Source: Elusimicrobia bacterium CG1_02_56_21 (GTDB taxonomy: Bacteria > Elusimicrobiota > Elusimicrobia > Elusimicrobiales > UBA9959). From it: a DNA stretch of 64,000 nucleotides. The DNA lies in NCBI GenBank assembly GCA_001871115.1, contig MNUR01000046.1, positions 13,299 to 77,298 on the forward strand, given 5' to 3'. Every line of letters begins with the position of its first letter. Position 1 is the first letter of the stretch. Both the position numbers and the translations under genes were made by a program. Under the pieces are notes generated by a model, which was not told the origin of the DNA, ran no database searches, and was given only the letters and a program-made list of their open reading frames with translations. Shown in pieces: positions 20,354 to 29,443 of the stretch.

Positions 20354-20379
20354 AAACAAAAAAACCGCGCGGCCGCGGT
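20354..20379 (-). terminator. Intrinsic terminator after lysC
   Basis: ACCGCGCGGCCGCGGT hairpin followed, in minus sense, by TTTTTTTGTTT. Confidence 0.65.
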
Positions 20380-20448
20380 AGAGGCTTAGGACCTAAATTT
20401 AATTAGGACTTTAGTCCTATGACAACCATCAATGGACAATGGCCCTGT

Positions 20449-21759
20449 TTAAAATAATCCCTTATTAAGGGCTATCAGGGCTTCCTTCTTCCTTTCCGCA
20501 TCCACCAGCACGGATACGTTATTCTCACTGCCGCCGTAGGAGATCATCCTGATAGGGATATTCCTCAGGGCTTCGAAGATCTTCAGGGCATAGCCTTCTT
20601 TTTCCGCGGTCAGGCTTCCGACCACGCAGACGATGCTGAGCCCCGCGTCCACCTCCACGGCACAGAACTCTTTGAGCTCGGAGACAATAGCGTCAAGGCT
20701 TCCGGTATTGTCTATGGTCAGGGAAACCGCGACCTCAGAGGTGGTGATCATGTCGATAGGGGTTTTATAACGCTCGAAGATCTCAAAGACCGCGCGCAGA
20801 AAACCGTAGGCGAGCAGCATGCGGCCGGATTTTATTTTTATCGCGGTGATCCCGTCTTTTGCGGCCACGGCCTTAATGCTGTCGCCGGTGGACTTTTCCG
20901 TGATAAGAGTACCTTTGGCCGAAGGCTGCATAGTGTTAAGGAGCCTCACGGGGATATTCCTCATCTGCGCCGGGAGGATGCAGGTGGGGTGCAGTATTTT
21001 TGCGCCGAAATACGCGAGCTCGGCCGCTTCGTCAAAAGACAGCTCCGCTATGGGCAGGGTTTTTTCCACTACCCGGGGGTCGTTATTGTGCATGCCGTCT
21101 ATGTCTGTCCAGATCTGTATCTCTTCCGCGGAGATGGCGGCGCCGAGGATAGTGGCGGAATAATCGCTTCCCCCGCGCTTTAAATTGTCTATTTCACCGG
21201 CCGCGTTGCGGCAGATATAGCCCTGCGTGATAAACAAGGTCTTGCCCGGCCGCTTTGCCAGCTCCGCGGCGGCATGCGCCCCGATATACTCCATGTCAGG
21301 CTCTTCTTTACTGTCGGTCCGCATGAAATTCAGGGCCGGGAGCAGCGCGGAATCTATATTTTTTTCTTCAAGGCAAAAATAGAACAAGGCGGTTGAAAGC
21401 AGTTCGCCCTGGGCGAGAACTACGCGCTCTTCTTTTGCGGTAAAGGCGCCCGCGGCCAGGGAGCGCAGGAGTTTAAAATGGGTCAGGATAAGTTCCCGCG
21501 CTTTGTTCCGGGCGTTTTCAGTGCCGTACAATCCCGCTGCAACTTCCCTGTACTTCTCTTCCAGCGTGGAGATCAGCAGTTCCGCTTTTTCTTTTTGACC
21601 GGCGTGCAAAGCGTCCGATATCTCCACCAGCGCGTTGGTGGTCCCGCTCATGGCGGACAGCACCACTATCTTCGGCGCGCCGTCATTTATCAGCCCCGCC
21701 AGGGCGTGCATTCTTTCCGCGGAACCTACGGATGTGCCGCCGAATTTTAGAACTTTCAT
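20449..21759 (-). CDS. lysC: Aspartate kinase
   Basis: 436 aa. 'MKVLKFGGTSVGSAERM' start and C-terminal ACT repeats. Confidence 0.93.
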   Translation of the reverse strand: MKVLKFGGTSVGSAERMHALAGLINDGAPKIVVLSAMSGTTNALVEISDALHAGQKEKAELLISTLEEKYREVAAGLYGTENARNKARELILTHFKLLRSLAAGAFTAKEERVVLAQGELLSTALFYFCLEEKNIDSALLPALNFMRTDSKEEPDMEYIGAHAAAELAKRPGKTLFITQGYICRNAAGEIDNLKRGGSDYSATILGAAISAEEIQIWTDIDGMHNNDPRVVEKTLPIAELSFDEAAELAYFGAKILHPTCILPAQMRNIPVRLLNTMQPSAKGTLITEKSTGDSIKAVAAKDGITAIKIKSGRMLLAYGFLRAVFEIFERYKTPIDMITTSEVAVSLTIDNTGSLDAIVSELKEFCAVEVDAGLSIVCVVGSLTAEKEGYALKIFEALRNIPIRMISYGGSENNVSVLVDAERKKEALIALNKGLF

Positions 21760-21788
21760 GTAAAAATATTGCTCCCCGGGGCCCGCCC

Positions 21789-23417
21789 TCAGGCTTCGGT
21801 CGGGGCAGGGTCTTCCAGAACCACCCTGGCGCTCTCGAACACTACGGTTAAAGCCAGGACCAGGAGGACTCCCCCTATAAGCGTCATCAGGTTAAAACCC
21901 GCATGGGAAAGCATGCTCACCAGCGCCCATATCGTCATAGCGCTCATAAAGACGGCCGGGACCATTATCAGTTTCAGGGCCTTCACCCGCATTTTTTTAG
22001 CCCAGATATAGATTATAACCAGCACAAGCGCGGCAAGCAGCTGGTTAGTGACCCCGAAAAGCGGCCAGATGAATTTCCAGCAGGGGATCACGGCTCCGGA
22101 CGGCCCCGTTATCCTTATATTAAGAAGCGCCACCGGCAGGGCCAGGGAAGCGCCCGTTGAAACGAACCTGCCCCAGAGGGAATTGCCCATCCCTGTCATT
22201 TCCTGAAATATATAGCGGGCGATGCGGGTGGCGGAGTCCAGCGTAGTGAGCATGAAAGCCGAGATGACCAGCAGGCCGAAAATGCGCCCCACGTCCGGCG
22301 AGATCCCTATCAGCGCCGAGAAGCGCCCCAGGCCGGCCGCGTAGATCTGCGCCGGGGCGGCCCCCGCCAGCGCGTCGCCCGGCGCCAGCATCATTATAGT
22401 GCCCAGGGCTATCATCGCTACCACGGCTTCAAGGACCATCCCCCCGAAGCCGATAAACTTCGCGTCACGGGCGCTCGCCAATTGTTTCGAAGTCGTCCCG
22501 GAAGACACCAGGGCGTGGAAGCCGGAAACCGCGCCGCAGGCCACCGTTATGAAAAGGAAAGGGAACATCCCGCCGATTACCGGGTCGGAGTACGCTTTGA
22601 AAGCCGGGTAGGTTACCGAGTGGCCGCCCAGCAAAATTCCGGCCAGCCCGATAGCCAGGGAAACATAAAGCAAATAGCTCGACAGGTAATCGCGCGGCTG
22701 GAGCAGGATCCAGACCGGCAGGATAGAAGCGGCGAAACAATAAGCCAGCAGCGCCGCGATCCATACGCCCTTACCCGCCCAGAGGAAAGGGAAATTAAAG
22801 CTGAGGTACATTGCCCCGCCCAGAGCGAGCAGGGCCGTCAGGGTGGAAACCTTGAGGCCGAATTTAAACTTATAAAGCCCCAGGCCAAAAACCACCGAAA
22901 CCAGTATATAGGCCAGGCTGGTCTGGGCCACCGCCGCTTCCTTGACAAAAGTATCCGCCGTTATATCGGCGAAAACAGCCACCACGTACATCAGGGTAAG
23001 CCAGGTAAAGACCAGAAATAATTTATAGGTGCGCTTATTTATGTACTTATGCGCAATTTCGGATATGGACCGGCCCTGGTGCCGTATAGAGATTATCAGG
23101 CCGGAGTAATCATGAAGTGCGCCGATAAAGACCGTTCCTATTACGACCCAGATTACAGCCGGCAGCCAGCCGAAAGCGGCGGCCGCTATAAGCGGACCTA
23201 CTATAGGCCCGGCGCCGGCGATAGAGGAGAAATGATGGCCGAGCAGAACATATTTATTGCTGGGAACATAGTCCACCCCGTCAGCCATTGTAGCCGAAGG
23301 AACGGGCTCGTCCGGGGAAACGTCGTAAAGCTTTTCAAGGAAATCCCCGTAAAAGCGGTAGCCTGCCCAGAGAAGAACCAGCACAATAACAGCGTATAGA
23401 GCCATATGAAAGAACAT
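21789..23417 (-). CDS. cstA: Carbon starvation protein CstA (peptide/pyruvate transporter family)
   Basis: Polytopic. 'LLGHHFSSIAGAGPIVGP' is the CstA signature. Start set to ATG 23417 because the track start is a TTG extension. Confidence 0.9.
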   Translation of the reverse strand: MFFHMALYAVIVLVLLWAGYRFYGDFLEKLYDVSPDEPVPSATMADGVDYVPSNKYVLLGHHFSSIAGAGPIVGPLIAAAAFGWLPAVIWVVIGTVFIGALHDYSGLIISIRHQGRSISEIAHKYINKRTYKLFLVFTWLTLMYVVAVFADITADTFVKEAAVAQTSLAYILVSVVFGLGLYKFKFGLKVSTLTALLALGGAMYLSFNFPFLWAGKGVWIAALLAYCFAASILPVWILLQPRDYLSSYLLYVSLAIGLAGILLGGHSVTYPAFKAYSDPVIGGMFPFLFITVACGAVSGFHALVSSGTTSKQLASARDAKFIGFGGMVLEAVVAMIALGTIMMLAPGDALAGAAPAQIYAAGLGRFSALIGISPDVGRIFGLLVISAFMLTTLDSATRIARYIFQEMTGMGNSLWGRFVSTGASLALPVALLNIRITGPSGAVIPCWKFIWPLFGVTNQLLAALVLVIIYIWAKKMRVKALKLIMVPAVFMSAMTIWALVSMLSHAGFNLMTLIGGVLLVLALTVVFESARVVLEDPAPTEA

Positions 23418-23480
23418 TTTACTTCTTTTGACTCGGGGCTGCAATAAACAAAACCCGCGGAAAGCGGGGAGCCCGCCCTA

Positions 23481-23645
23481 AGAGCCTGTCCGACATAGGC
23501 AATTTCACCTGCAGTTGCCGCTTTTGTCCTGCGCCTTCGCGCCGCTCAACTCACAATTTCCGTCGAGGGTGCTCGTCTCGCAGCGCTTCGGCCCGGCTCC
23601 AAAACAGACATTTTCTTCATGAAAACCTTATGCCGGACAGGCTCC
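23481..23645 (+). mobile_element. MITE-like element, copy 2
   Basis: Same orientation as copy 1. My manual alignment over ~165 bp shows about ten mismatches or indels. Flanked by TA on both sides. Confidence 0.85.
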
Positions 23646-24328
23646 TAAAGCCCGGCCTCCAGGGAATCTTTCATACGGATGAGAAGCCTGACTGTTTTCT
23701 CAAGCAGCGGCCGGGGCAGGGCCGCCTTCCCGGCGGTTTTCACCCCATGGGCGGGCGCAGCGCCCGCCAGAAGTTTAGAAGCCGGAAACTCGGCGGCTAC
23801 TCTTTCGGTATTGAAACCGGCGTCTATATAGTCCGCTCCCAGGGATAAAAGCTCGGCCGCTATGCGCCCAGGCTCTCCTTTGGGCATTTCGGTAACGGCC
23901 CCTTTACGGGCGTTCAGTTCAAAAGAACCTTCCGGCTCCTCTTCCAGCTCTATCTCCACCGTAACCGTATCGTCCGAATACATATCGGCGGTGAATTCCA
24001 CCCCGTCTACCGTGTTTATTCCCGGCTGCTCAAGAAAATAATTAAAACCGTCCTTGTTTTCAGCGCCGGGTCCCCGGGCTCCCTGCGGCCGTGAAGGCGA
24101 CGCAGGGCCGAAATCCCGGGGCATCCCTATCACCGGCTCGCTGGCCCGCCTTAAAAAAAGAATTATCACTATGGCCGCCGCCAGGGCTCCCAGCCAGAGT
24201 TTCAGCTCCTCCTTGCTCTCCCGAGGGGTTTTGGTGCTGTCCCCTGCAGCCTGTATAACCTGCCCCGCTGCGCAGACAGGCAAAGAATTTGCTGCTAAAA
24301 AGAAAGCCAGAAATGCGGCTTTGAACAT
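23645..24328 (-). CDS. Secreted hypothetical protein
   Basis: 227 aa. N-terminal signal peptide 'MFKAAFLAFFLAANSLPVCAAG'. No recognisable domain. Confidence 0.5.
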   Translation of the reverse strand: MFKAAFLAFFLAANSLPVCAAGQVIQAAGDSTKTPRESKEELKLWLGALAAAIVIILFLRRASEPVIGMPRDFGPASPSRPQGARGPGAENKDGFNYFLEQPGINTVDGVEFTADMYSDDTVTVEIELEEEPEGSFELNARKGAVTEMPKGEPGRIAAELLSLGADYIDAGFNTERVAAEFPASKLLAGAAPAHGVKTAGKAALPRPLLEKTVRLLIRMKDSLEAGL

Positions 24329-24390
24329 AGTTCGCTCCTGCCGGTCAGGCTGCCCGGAATACCGCCGGAAATACTTATGAGTATCCGGTT

Positions 24391-24399
24391 ATTCCACCA
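24391..24399 (-). promoter_or_regulatory. -10 element TGGTGGAAT after a T-tract
   Basis: Minus-sense GTTTTTGTTTTGGTGGAAT, about 60 nt upstream of ATG 24328. Confidence 0.4.
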
Positions 24400-24469
24400 A
24401 AACAAAAACGGCCGGTTCGCTCCGGAGGTTCCTGTATGTTTTAACCACCGGCCAGCGTCTAAACTTCTG

Positions 24470-24508
24470 AGCCGGACATAAAATCGGCCGCTGTCTTTAT
24501 GTCCGGCT
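24470..24508. repeat. Perfect 13-bp-stem hairpin abutting the scramblase stop codon
   Basis: AGCCGGACATAAA, a 13-nt loop, then TTTATGTCCGGCT. The arm resembles the MITE terminal repeats with 4-5 nt deleted. Confidence 0.7.
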
Positions 24509-25098
24509 TATTTCTCGAAATATACCATGTCTATAAGGAACAGGGCCCCGAGCAGCGCGGCCTTGTGTTCAGTATCAGCGCCCTGCGGAAAATTAGCGCT
24601 GAAATTATCCGAGTCGGTAAAAGCTTCCTTCCCCAGGCCGCTCCAGTTTTTGACTATTTCCCCCGACTCCCTGCCGTCTTTAGAGATCCTGAAGGTCCAG
24701 GGATGGAGCACGGGCGCGCAGATGCTGTACAGCGCGGCGCCCCGCGAATCGGTAACCGAGAATTTTTTGGTCAGTATTGAGAACTCCCGCTTGACCTGCC
24801 CCAGCAGTTTGCCGTCGGAATTATAAACTTCGATCTCATGGAAGTAAAACCGGAAGGGCTTAACGCACTTCATCACCGGCCGGCCGTCCGTGGACAGGAT
24901 GTGCATGCTGAAAGGCCTCATCGCCTTAAGCAGCATCCTGAGCAGGACCGGGCTTTCCTCAGCCGCCCAATAGAGCTGCTGGCCGGAAGCGTCAAGGACG
25001 GCGTACCTGTTCTTTGTCTCAAAACCTGTTAAGATCTCCCCCCATTCCTTCTTCTGTTTAACAACCAGCGATTCCGCGGCTTTTAATTTTTCCATCAT
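24508..25098 (-). CDS. Phospholipid scramblase family protein (PF03803-like)
   Basis: 196 aa. 'LVVKQKKEWGEILTGFETKNRYAV' and C-terminal 'NWSGLGKEAFTDSDNFSANFP...ALLGALFLIDMVYFE' closely parallel human PLSCR1 '[24 protein letters not shown]...GACFLIDFMFFE'. Confidence 0.85.
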   Translation of the reverse strand: MMEKLKAAESLVVKQKKEWGEILTGFETKNRYAVLDASGQQLYWAAEESPVLLRMLLKAMRPFSMHILSTDGRPVMKCVKPFRFYFHEIEVYNSDGKLLGQVKREFSILTKKFSVTDSRGAALYSICAPVLHPWTFRISKDGRESGEIVKNWSGLGKEAFTDSDNFSANFPQGADTEHKAALLGALFLIDMVYFEK

Positions 25099-25172
25099 TC
25101 TTCCTTCAGCCCGGTTTCCAGGTTAACCGGCCTAATACGCTCCATAGCTTTGTTCTGGCAGTGCCTAACGCT

Positions 25173-25181
25173 ATAATAACA
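25173..25181 (-). promoter_or_regulatory. Extended -10 TGTTATTAT
   Basis: Minus-sense TTCTTTTTGTTATTATAGC, about 75 nt upstream of the scramblase ATG. Confidence 0.4.
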
Positions 25182-25398
25182 AAAAGAACCCTGCTTTTAT
25201 AGGCCCATTAAGTCCCGGACGGTCCCCGGAGCACAAAGGCGGAACTCCCCGCCAGGGCAAAAAGCCGGCAAAGATACAGGGGGGACAGGCTTATTTCCGG
25301 GCACGAAACAAAACAGTAACAAGGCGGGGGTATAATACAGTAACAGGTGTCCTGAGTCCTGCGGCTTTCACGCTAAACCCGACAAAACAGGAGGTTAT

Positions 25399-25869
25399 AT
25401 GAATATTAAAATTTTTATACTCGCGTTCATGCTGCCAATGCAGGCCTTTGCCGCGGAGGACATGCTGAGTGTCGCCGCGCAGCGGGCTAATGTGCGCAGC
25501 GGCCCGGGCACGGATTTTGACATTTTATGGGAGGCATCCAAGCTCTACCCCCTGGAAGTTGTGGAAAGAAAAGGGAACTGGGTAATGGTGAGCGATTACG
25601 AAAGAGACGAAGGCTGGATCTACAAAACCCTGCTTTCGAATACCCCCACAATAGTAGTTGTAACTCAAAAAGCCAATATCAGGCAGGGCCCGGGCACAGA
25701 ATACGAATCCGCCTGGGTGGTAGACAAAGAGTATTCCCTTAAAGTGCTGGACACCAGCGGTGACTGGCTGAAGATTACCGACGAGGACGGCCTCTCGGGG
25801 TGGATACACAAAAGCGTTACCTGGGGCTTCACCGACCAGCCCTTGGTTGAAAAGGACGAGGCCTACTGA
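25399..25869 (+). CDS. Secreted protein with two bacterial SH3 (SH3b) domains
   Basis: 156 aa. Signal peptide, then two copies of 'ANVRSGPGT...W' / 'ANIRQGPGT...W'. Confidence 0.8.
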   Translation: MNIKIFILAFMLPMQAFAAEDMLSVAAQRANVRSGPGTDFDILWEASKLYPLEVVERKGNWVMVSDYERDEGWIYKTLLSNTPTIVVVTQKANIRQGPGTEYESAWVVDKEYSLKVLDTSGDWLKITDEDGLSGWIHKSVTWGFTDQPLVEKDEAY

Positions 25870-25886
25870 CCGGGCCTGCGGCCCCC

Positions 25887-26082
25887 TTATAAAGAGCAGT
25901 TCACGCAAAGCGGGGCTTCCGGCATGGCTTTCAGCCGGGCTTCGCCTACAGGCTTGCCGCAGGAGCGGCATGTGCCGTAGGTTCTGTCTTTTACCGCTTC
26001 AAGCGCGCCGCGTATTCTCAAGCTTAACCTTTACATCAGCCTCCAGGGCGCTTTTAAAGTATTCAAGTTTTTCTTTTTCCAT
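25887..26082 (-). pseudogene. DksA/TraR-family C4 zinc-finger gene with an apparent 1-nt frameshift
   Basis: Frame 1 from ATG 26082 gives MEKEKLEYFKSALEADVKVKLENTRRA then a stop at 25999-26001. The adjacent frame continues ALEAVKDRTYGTCRSCGKPVGEARLKAMPEAPLCVNCSL* (CxxC-N17-CxxC). The total of 196 nt is not a multiple of 3. Confidence 0.55.
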
Positions 26083-26133
26083 ATATCCCCCGCAACCGAA
26101 AATTTTCCCTTCCCCCGGACCCGCTGTTCCGTC

Positions 26134-26823
26134 TCAGGAAAGCGAGAAGTCCGCCGCCGCTTTACAATGTATAGCCGTAGTATCAAAAACCGGGAGCCGG
26201 CAATCGGCCCCGCTTATCAGCCGGGAAATTTCAGTGCAGCCGAATATTACCCCCTCGGCCCCTTCATTACCCAGCGCTTCGATTATTGCCTGATACTTGG
26301 CCCTGGTCTCGGCCCTGAAGACGCCCTTTGTCAATTCTTTGAAAATAGAAGAATTAATTGACTCCCTGTCGGCGGCGCAGGGGATCACGGGCTGAATGCC
26401 GTATTTCAAAAGACTCTCTTTGAAAAAGGGCTGCTCCATTGTAAACTTTGTCCCGAGCAGGGCGACCCGGCCGAGTCTCCGGCCTGCGATTTCCCTGGCC
26501 GTTTCTTCCGCTATGTTCAGCAGGGGGATGCCGATCTTTGCCTTAACCAGCTCCGCCACCACGTGGGGAGTGTTAGAGCACATCATCAGGCAGTCGGCCC
26601 CCGCTTTTTCAAGCCGGCCGGCGATGCCGGACAGGAGCAGCTCTATCTGCCCCCAGTTTCCCGCGTCGAGCAGCGCCTTGAACTCCTTAAAGTCCACCGA
26701 ATAAAGAATAAGCTTTGCGGAACTGCCGCCTCCCAGCTTTTCGCCTACTATCCGGTTAATAGTCTCATAATAAACAGCGGTAGAGAACCAGCTCAACCCG
26801 CCTATCAGGCCCAGTGTTTTCAT
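26134..26823 (-). CDS. Aspartate/glutamate racemase family protein
   Basis: 229 aa. 'MKTLGLIGGLSWFSTAVYYETIN' and a second catalytic-Cys context 'VIFGCTEIS'. Confidence 0.88.
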   Translation of the reverse strand: MKTLGLIGGLSWFSTAVYYETINRIVGEKLGGGSSAKLILYSVDFKEFKALLDAGNWGQIELLLSGIAGRLEKAGADCLMMCSNTPHVVAELVKAKIGIPLLNIAEETAREIAGRRLGRVALLGTKFTMEQPFFKESLLKYGIQPVIPCAADRESINSSIFKELTKGVFRAETRAKYQAIIEALGNEGAEGVIFGCTEISRLISGADCRLPVFDTTAIHCKAAADFSLS

Positions 26824-26839
26824 CTTTATCCTCTCTCCT

Positions 26840-27208
26840 TTATTTCTCCATCAAAAGCCCGCCGAAAGCCGCGCGCCCGGCTGCGGGCGGCTCGTAAAAG
26901 ATATGCACATTATCCGCAGAACGGCCGCAGGCCTTTGCTATGGCTTTAGCCATGGCCGCAGCTTCTTTTTTTATGGTTTTTTGCGGGGTCAGGCGGGCCT
27001 TAAGCAGGTTTACAAAAACGGGCCGCACCTCCCTTGGGAGATTCCCGCCGCATTCGGCGTATTTACTCCGGGGCAAAAAGCGCAGCCGGACCCAGACCCT
27101 TCCCGGAGGCGAGCCAAGAACCTTTGCCGCCGCATCCGCTATCCGCCTTGCCAGGCTCCCTGAGGTTCCCGAAGGCCTTCCTACCAGCTCCACGTTTAAA
27201 ATAGGCAT
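26840..27208 (-). CDS. Tautomerase (4-OT-like) superfamily protein, tandem-domain size
   Basis: Start set at 'MPILNVELVG' (Pro-1 after Met). 122 aa. Confidence 0.45.
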   Translation of the reverse strand: MPILNVELVGRPSGTSGSLARRIADAAAKVLGSPPGRVWVRLRFLPRSKYAECGGNLPREVRPVFVNLLKARLTPQKTIKKEAAAMAKAIAKACGRSADNVHIFYEPPAAGRAAFGGLLMEK

Positions 27209-27274
27209 AATTACGGGCCAAAGCCCTCTCCTACATCTATTATCCTGAAAAAACCTCACCTTTTTAACTGCCGC

Positions 27275-28189
27275 CTAACCGTGAAAAAAGGCGTAGACGA
27301 CAGACAAAGCAAAGCCCAGCATGATTATCAGCAGGACTATTTCCGCTGTTTTCTGCCCGGGAGCTAGCATTGCCTCCGCGCCCGCGCGCGAATAAACCGG
27401 GCCGGAGGCGGCTTCGGCCAGGTCCGGGGAGTTGCCGGGCCCGGCAGCCGCGCCGGCGGCTTTGTTGCGGGGGTCGTCAAGGAAAGCGCGGAAAATTATC
27501 CTGGCCTCCTCTATAAAAGCCGGGTAATCCCCCGCGGAAACATATCCTTTTCTGAAAGCTATGACGCAATTGCCGGAGGCCTGTACGCTCCAGTCGGCCT
27601 TTAACCGTTCAAACACACCCGTAAGAGCCGGGGAGAAAAGAGAAATCACTCGCTCGCGGTCCGGACCGGTAAGCGCATAACGGCGCGAGAATGCCGGGTA
27701 CCCGGGCAGGTCTATATCCCGCTTTACGATCAGGTCCCCGGCCCTGCCGAGCATGGTTTCGGGCGACAGTTCGAAACCGGGCAGGGATAATCCGGAACTC
27801 CTGAACATAGCCAGCCCGAAATTGCTATAGGTGCTGCCCCCGCGCGACCCGCGGCTGCGCACGGCATACTGGTAGTCCAGGTACCAGGCACCGGGCAGGA
27901 CTGAAATATCCTTAAGCCCGTTGTACTTGGAGGAAAAATCCCCGGACTTGAATAAACCGGGACCCAGGCCCCGTAAATCCAGGCCTGACAGCGGGTATTT
28001 CTCGTACAGAAGCCCAAAGCGCTCTCCCATGGCCTTTAGCTTCTTTATCCTTAGCCGTTCGAGCAGTATATGCGCCAGGCCTATAACGAGGGCCGCGGCC
28101 ATGACAGCGAATATGGCCTGGTATTCCCAGCTCCCTTTTACATACGCAACTACGTCCCTGAGAGAGTCCGCTGAAATTTCGCTCCGCAT
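27275..28189 (-). CDS. Membrane protein, function unknown
   Basis: 304 aa with N-terminal and C-terminal TM helices. SD AGGAAGGA before the ATG. Confidence 0.5.
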   Translation of the reverse strand: MRSEISADSLRDVVAYVKGSWEYQAIFAVMAAALVIGLAHILLERLRIKKLKAMGERFGLLYEKYPLSGLDLRGLGPGLFKSGDFSSKYNGLKDISVLPGAWYLDYQYAVRSRGSRGGSTYSNFGLAMFRSSGLSLPGFELSPETMLGRAGDLIVKRDIDLPGYPAFSRRYALTGPDRERVISLFSPALTGVFERLKADWSVQASGNCVIAFRKGYVSAGDYPAFIEEARIIFRAFLDDPRNKAAGAAAGPGNSPDLAEAASGPVYSRAGAEAMLAPGQKTAEIVLLIIMLGFALSVVYAFFHG

Positions 28190-28231
28190 TAATATCCTTC
28201 CTGTTTTTACGTCTACCCCTCTGCTAACATT

Positions 28232-28240
28232 ATTCTACTA
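28232..28240 (-). promoter_or_regulatory. -10 TAGAAT after a T-tract
   Basis: Minus-sense GGTTTTTGTTTAGTAGAAT, about 42 nt upstream of ATG 28189. Confidence 0.4.
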
Positions 28241-28403
28241 AACAAAAACCCGGGCAGCCCGCTGTCTTTTTCTCGTCGGCCGGGCCGCTGGCGCAAGCTT
28301 CCTGCTCGCTTTTCACGTAGGCCCTATGGCCTATCCGGCGCCGGGCCCAATTCCTCTTTTTAAGCCGGGCTGATACTACTAGACTATAGTTAAGGTAATC
28401 ATT

Positions 28404-29336
28404 ATGAAAAATATTATCATCCTCGCCGTCTCCGTCATCATCTCTTCCGCCCCGCTCATGGCCCAGAACCTGGAAAGCCTGCGCAAATCCTCGGAGAATA
28501 TGGACATTCAGACCGGGACCCTTAAAAAACAGTCGGCTACAAAGCAGTACGAAATCAGCCCCACCCCGGTTTTCGCCCGGCTTATAATTAATTTCTTCAA
28601 ACTGCTGTTCAGCCCCAACGGAGATATTGAGATAGAAAATCCTTCCACTGAAGTTCCGCAGGTAGACGGAGTCCTGGAAGACGACATAAGGGAAGAGACA
28701 TACTCCGAAACCGCCACTTATGCCCCCATAGACCCCGCCGACCTTGAAGAAGAGCCGGCCTCCCTGCTGATCCGGCAGCCCCAGCAGCCCATGAGACAGA
28801 AAACTTCTTTCAACGGCGGAGACAGCGGCCTCCCGCAGGACCTCAAACAGAAAGCCCTGAACTATTTTAACGCCAACCAGGATAAAATAAAGAACAAGAA
28901 GTACATAGGCATAGTGGATTTCTCCGCCCATTCCAGCAAGCAGAGATTCTTCATCCTGGACATGGAAAGCGGCGCGGTACACGCGATACATGTAGCCCAC
29001 GGCACGGGTTCCGACCCGGACGGGGACGGTTTTGCCACAAAATTCAGCAATGTCCCGAACTCAAGGGCTTCATCCCTGGGCTTCTACGTGACAGGCGCCC
29101 TGTATACCGGCAGCCACGGCAGGTCCATGCGCCTGCACGGACTTTCCTCCACCAATTCCAACGCTCTCTCCAGGGCCGTTGTCCTTCACGAGGCCGTTTA
29201 TGTCAGGGAAGCCAATATGCGCCAGGGCCGCTCCTGGGGCTGCCTGGCGGTGTCTGCCACCGAGATCCGCAAAACGCTCAACTCGCTTAAGGGCGGCGCG
29301 CTGATCTACGCGGGACTCAGAGATAGCGATTTCTAA
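28404..29336 (+). CDS. Murein L,D-transpeptidase catalytic-domain family protein (YkuD_2-like)
   Basis: 310 aa with a signal peptide. 'FSNVPNSRASSLGFYVTG...HGLSSTNSNALSRAVVLHEAVYV...GRSWGCLAV'. Confidence 0.8.
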   Translation: MKNIIILAVSVIISSAPLMAQNLESLRKSSENMDIQTGTLKKQSATKQYEISPTPVFARLIINFFKLLFSPNGDIEIENPSTEVPQVDGVLEDDIREETYSETATYAPIDPADLEEEPASLLIRQPQQPMRQKTSFNGGDSGLPQDLKQKALNYFNANQDKIKNKKYIGIVDFSAHSSKQRFFILDMESGAVHAIHVAHGTGSDPDGDGFATKFSNVPNSRASSLGFYVTGALYTGSHGRSMRLHGLSSTNSNALSRAVVLHEAVYVREANMRQGRSWGCLAVSATEIRKTLNSLKGGALIYAGLRDSDF

Positions 29337-29443
29337 AGCCCCGGCAAAAGACCCCGGCTGATTTTCCCCCTGCAGGTTCCCTTGATATCAGGGCTCGTTT
29401 TGCTATACTTTATTGTAAATACTGCTTATAAAAAGGTTCCTTT

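Noticed and set aside
28230-29000. 256-aa minus-strand ORF
   Set aside because: It is antisense to the well-supported YkuD_2 L,D-transpeptidase gene, and no domain is recognisable.
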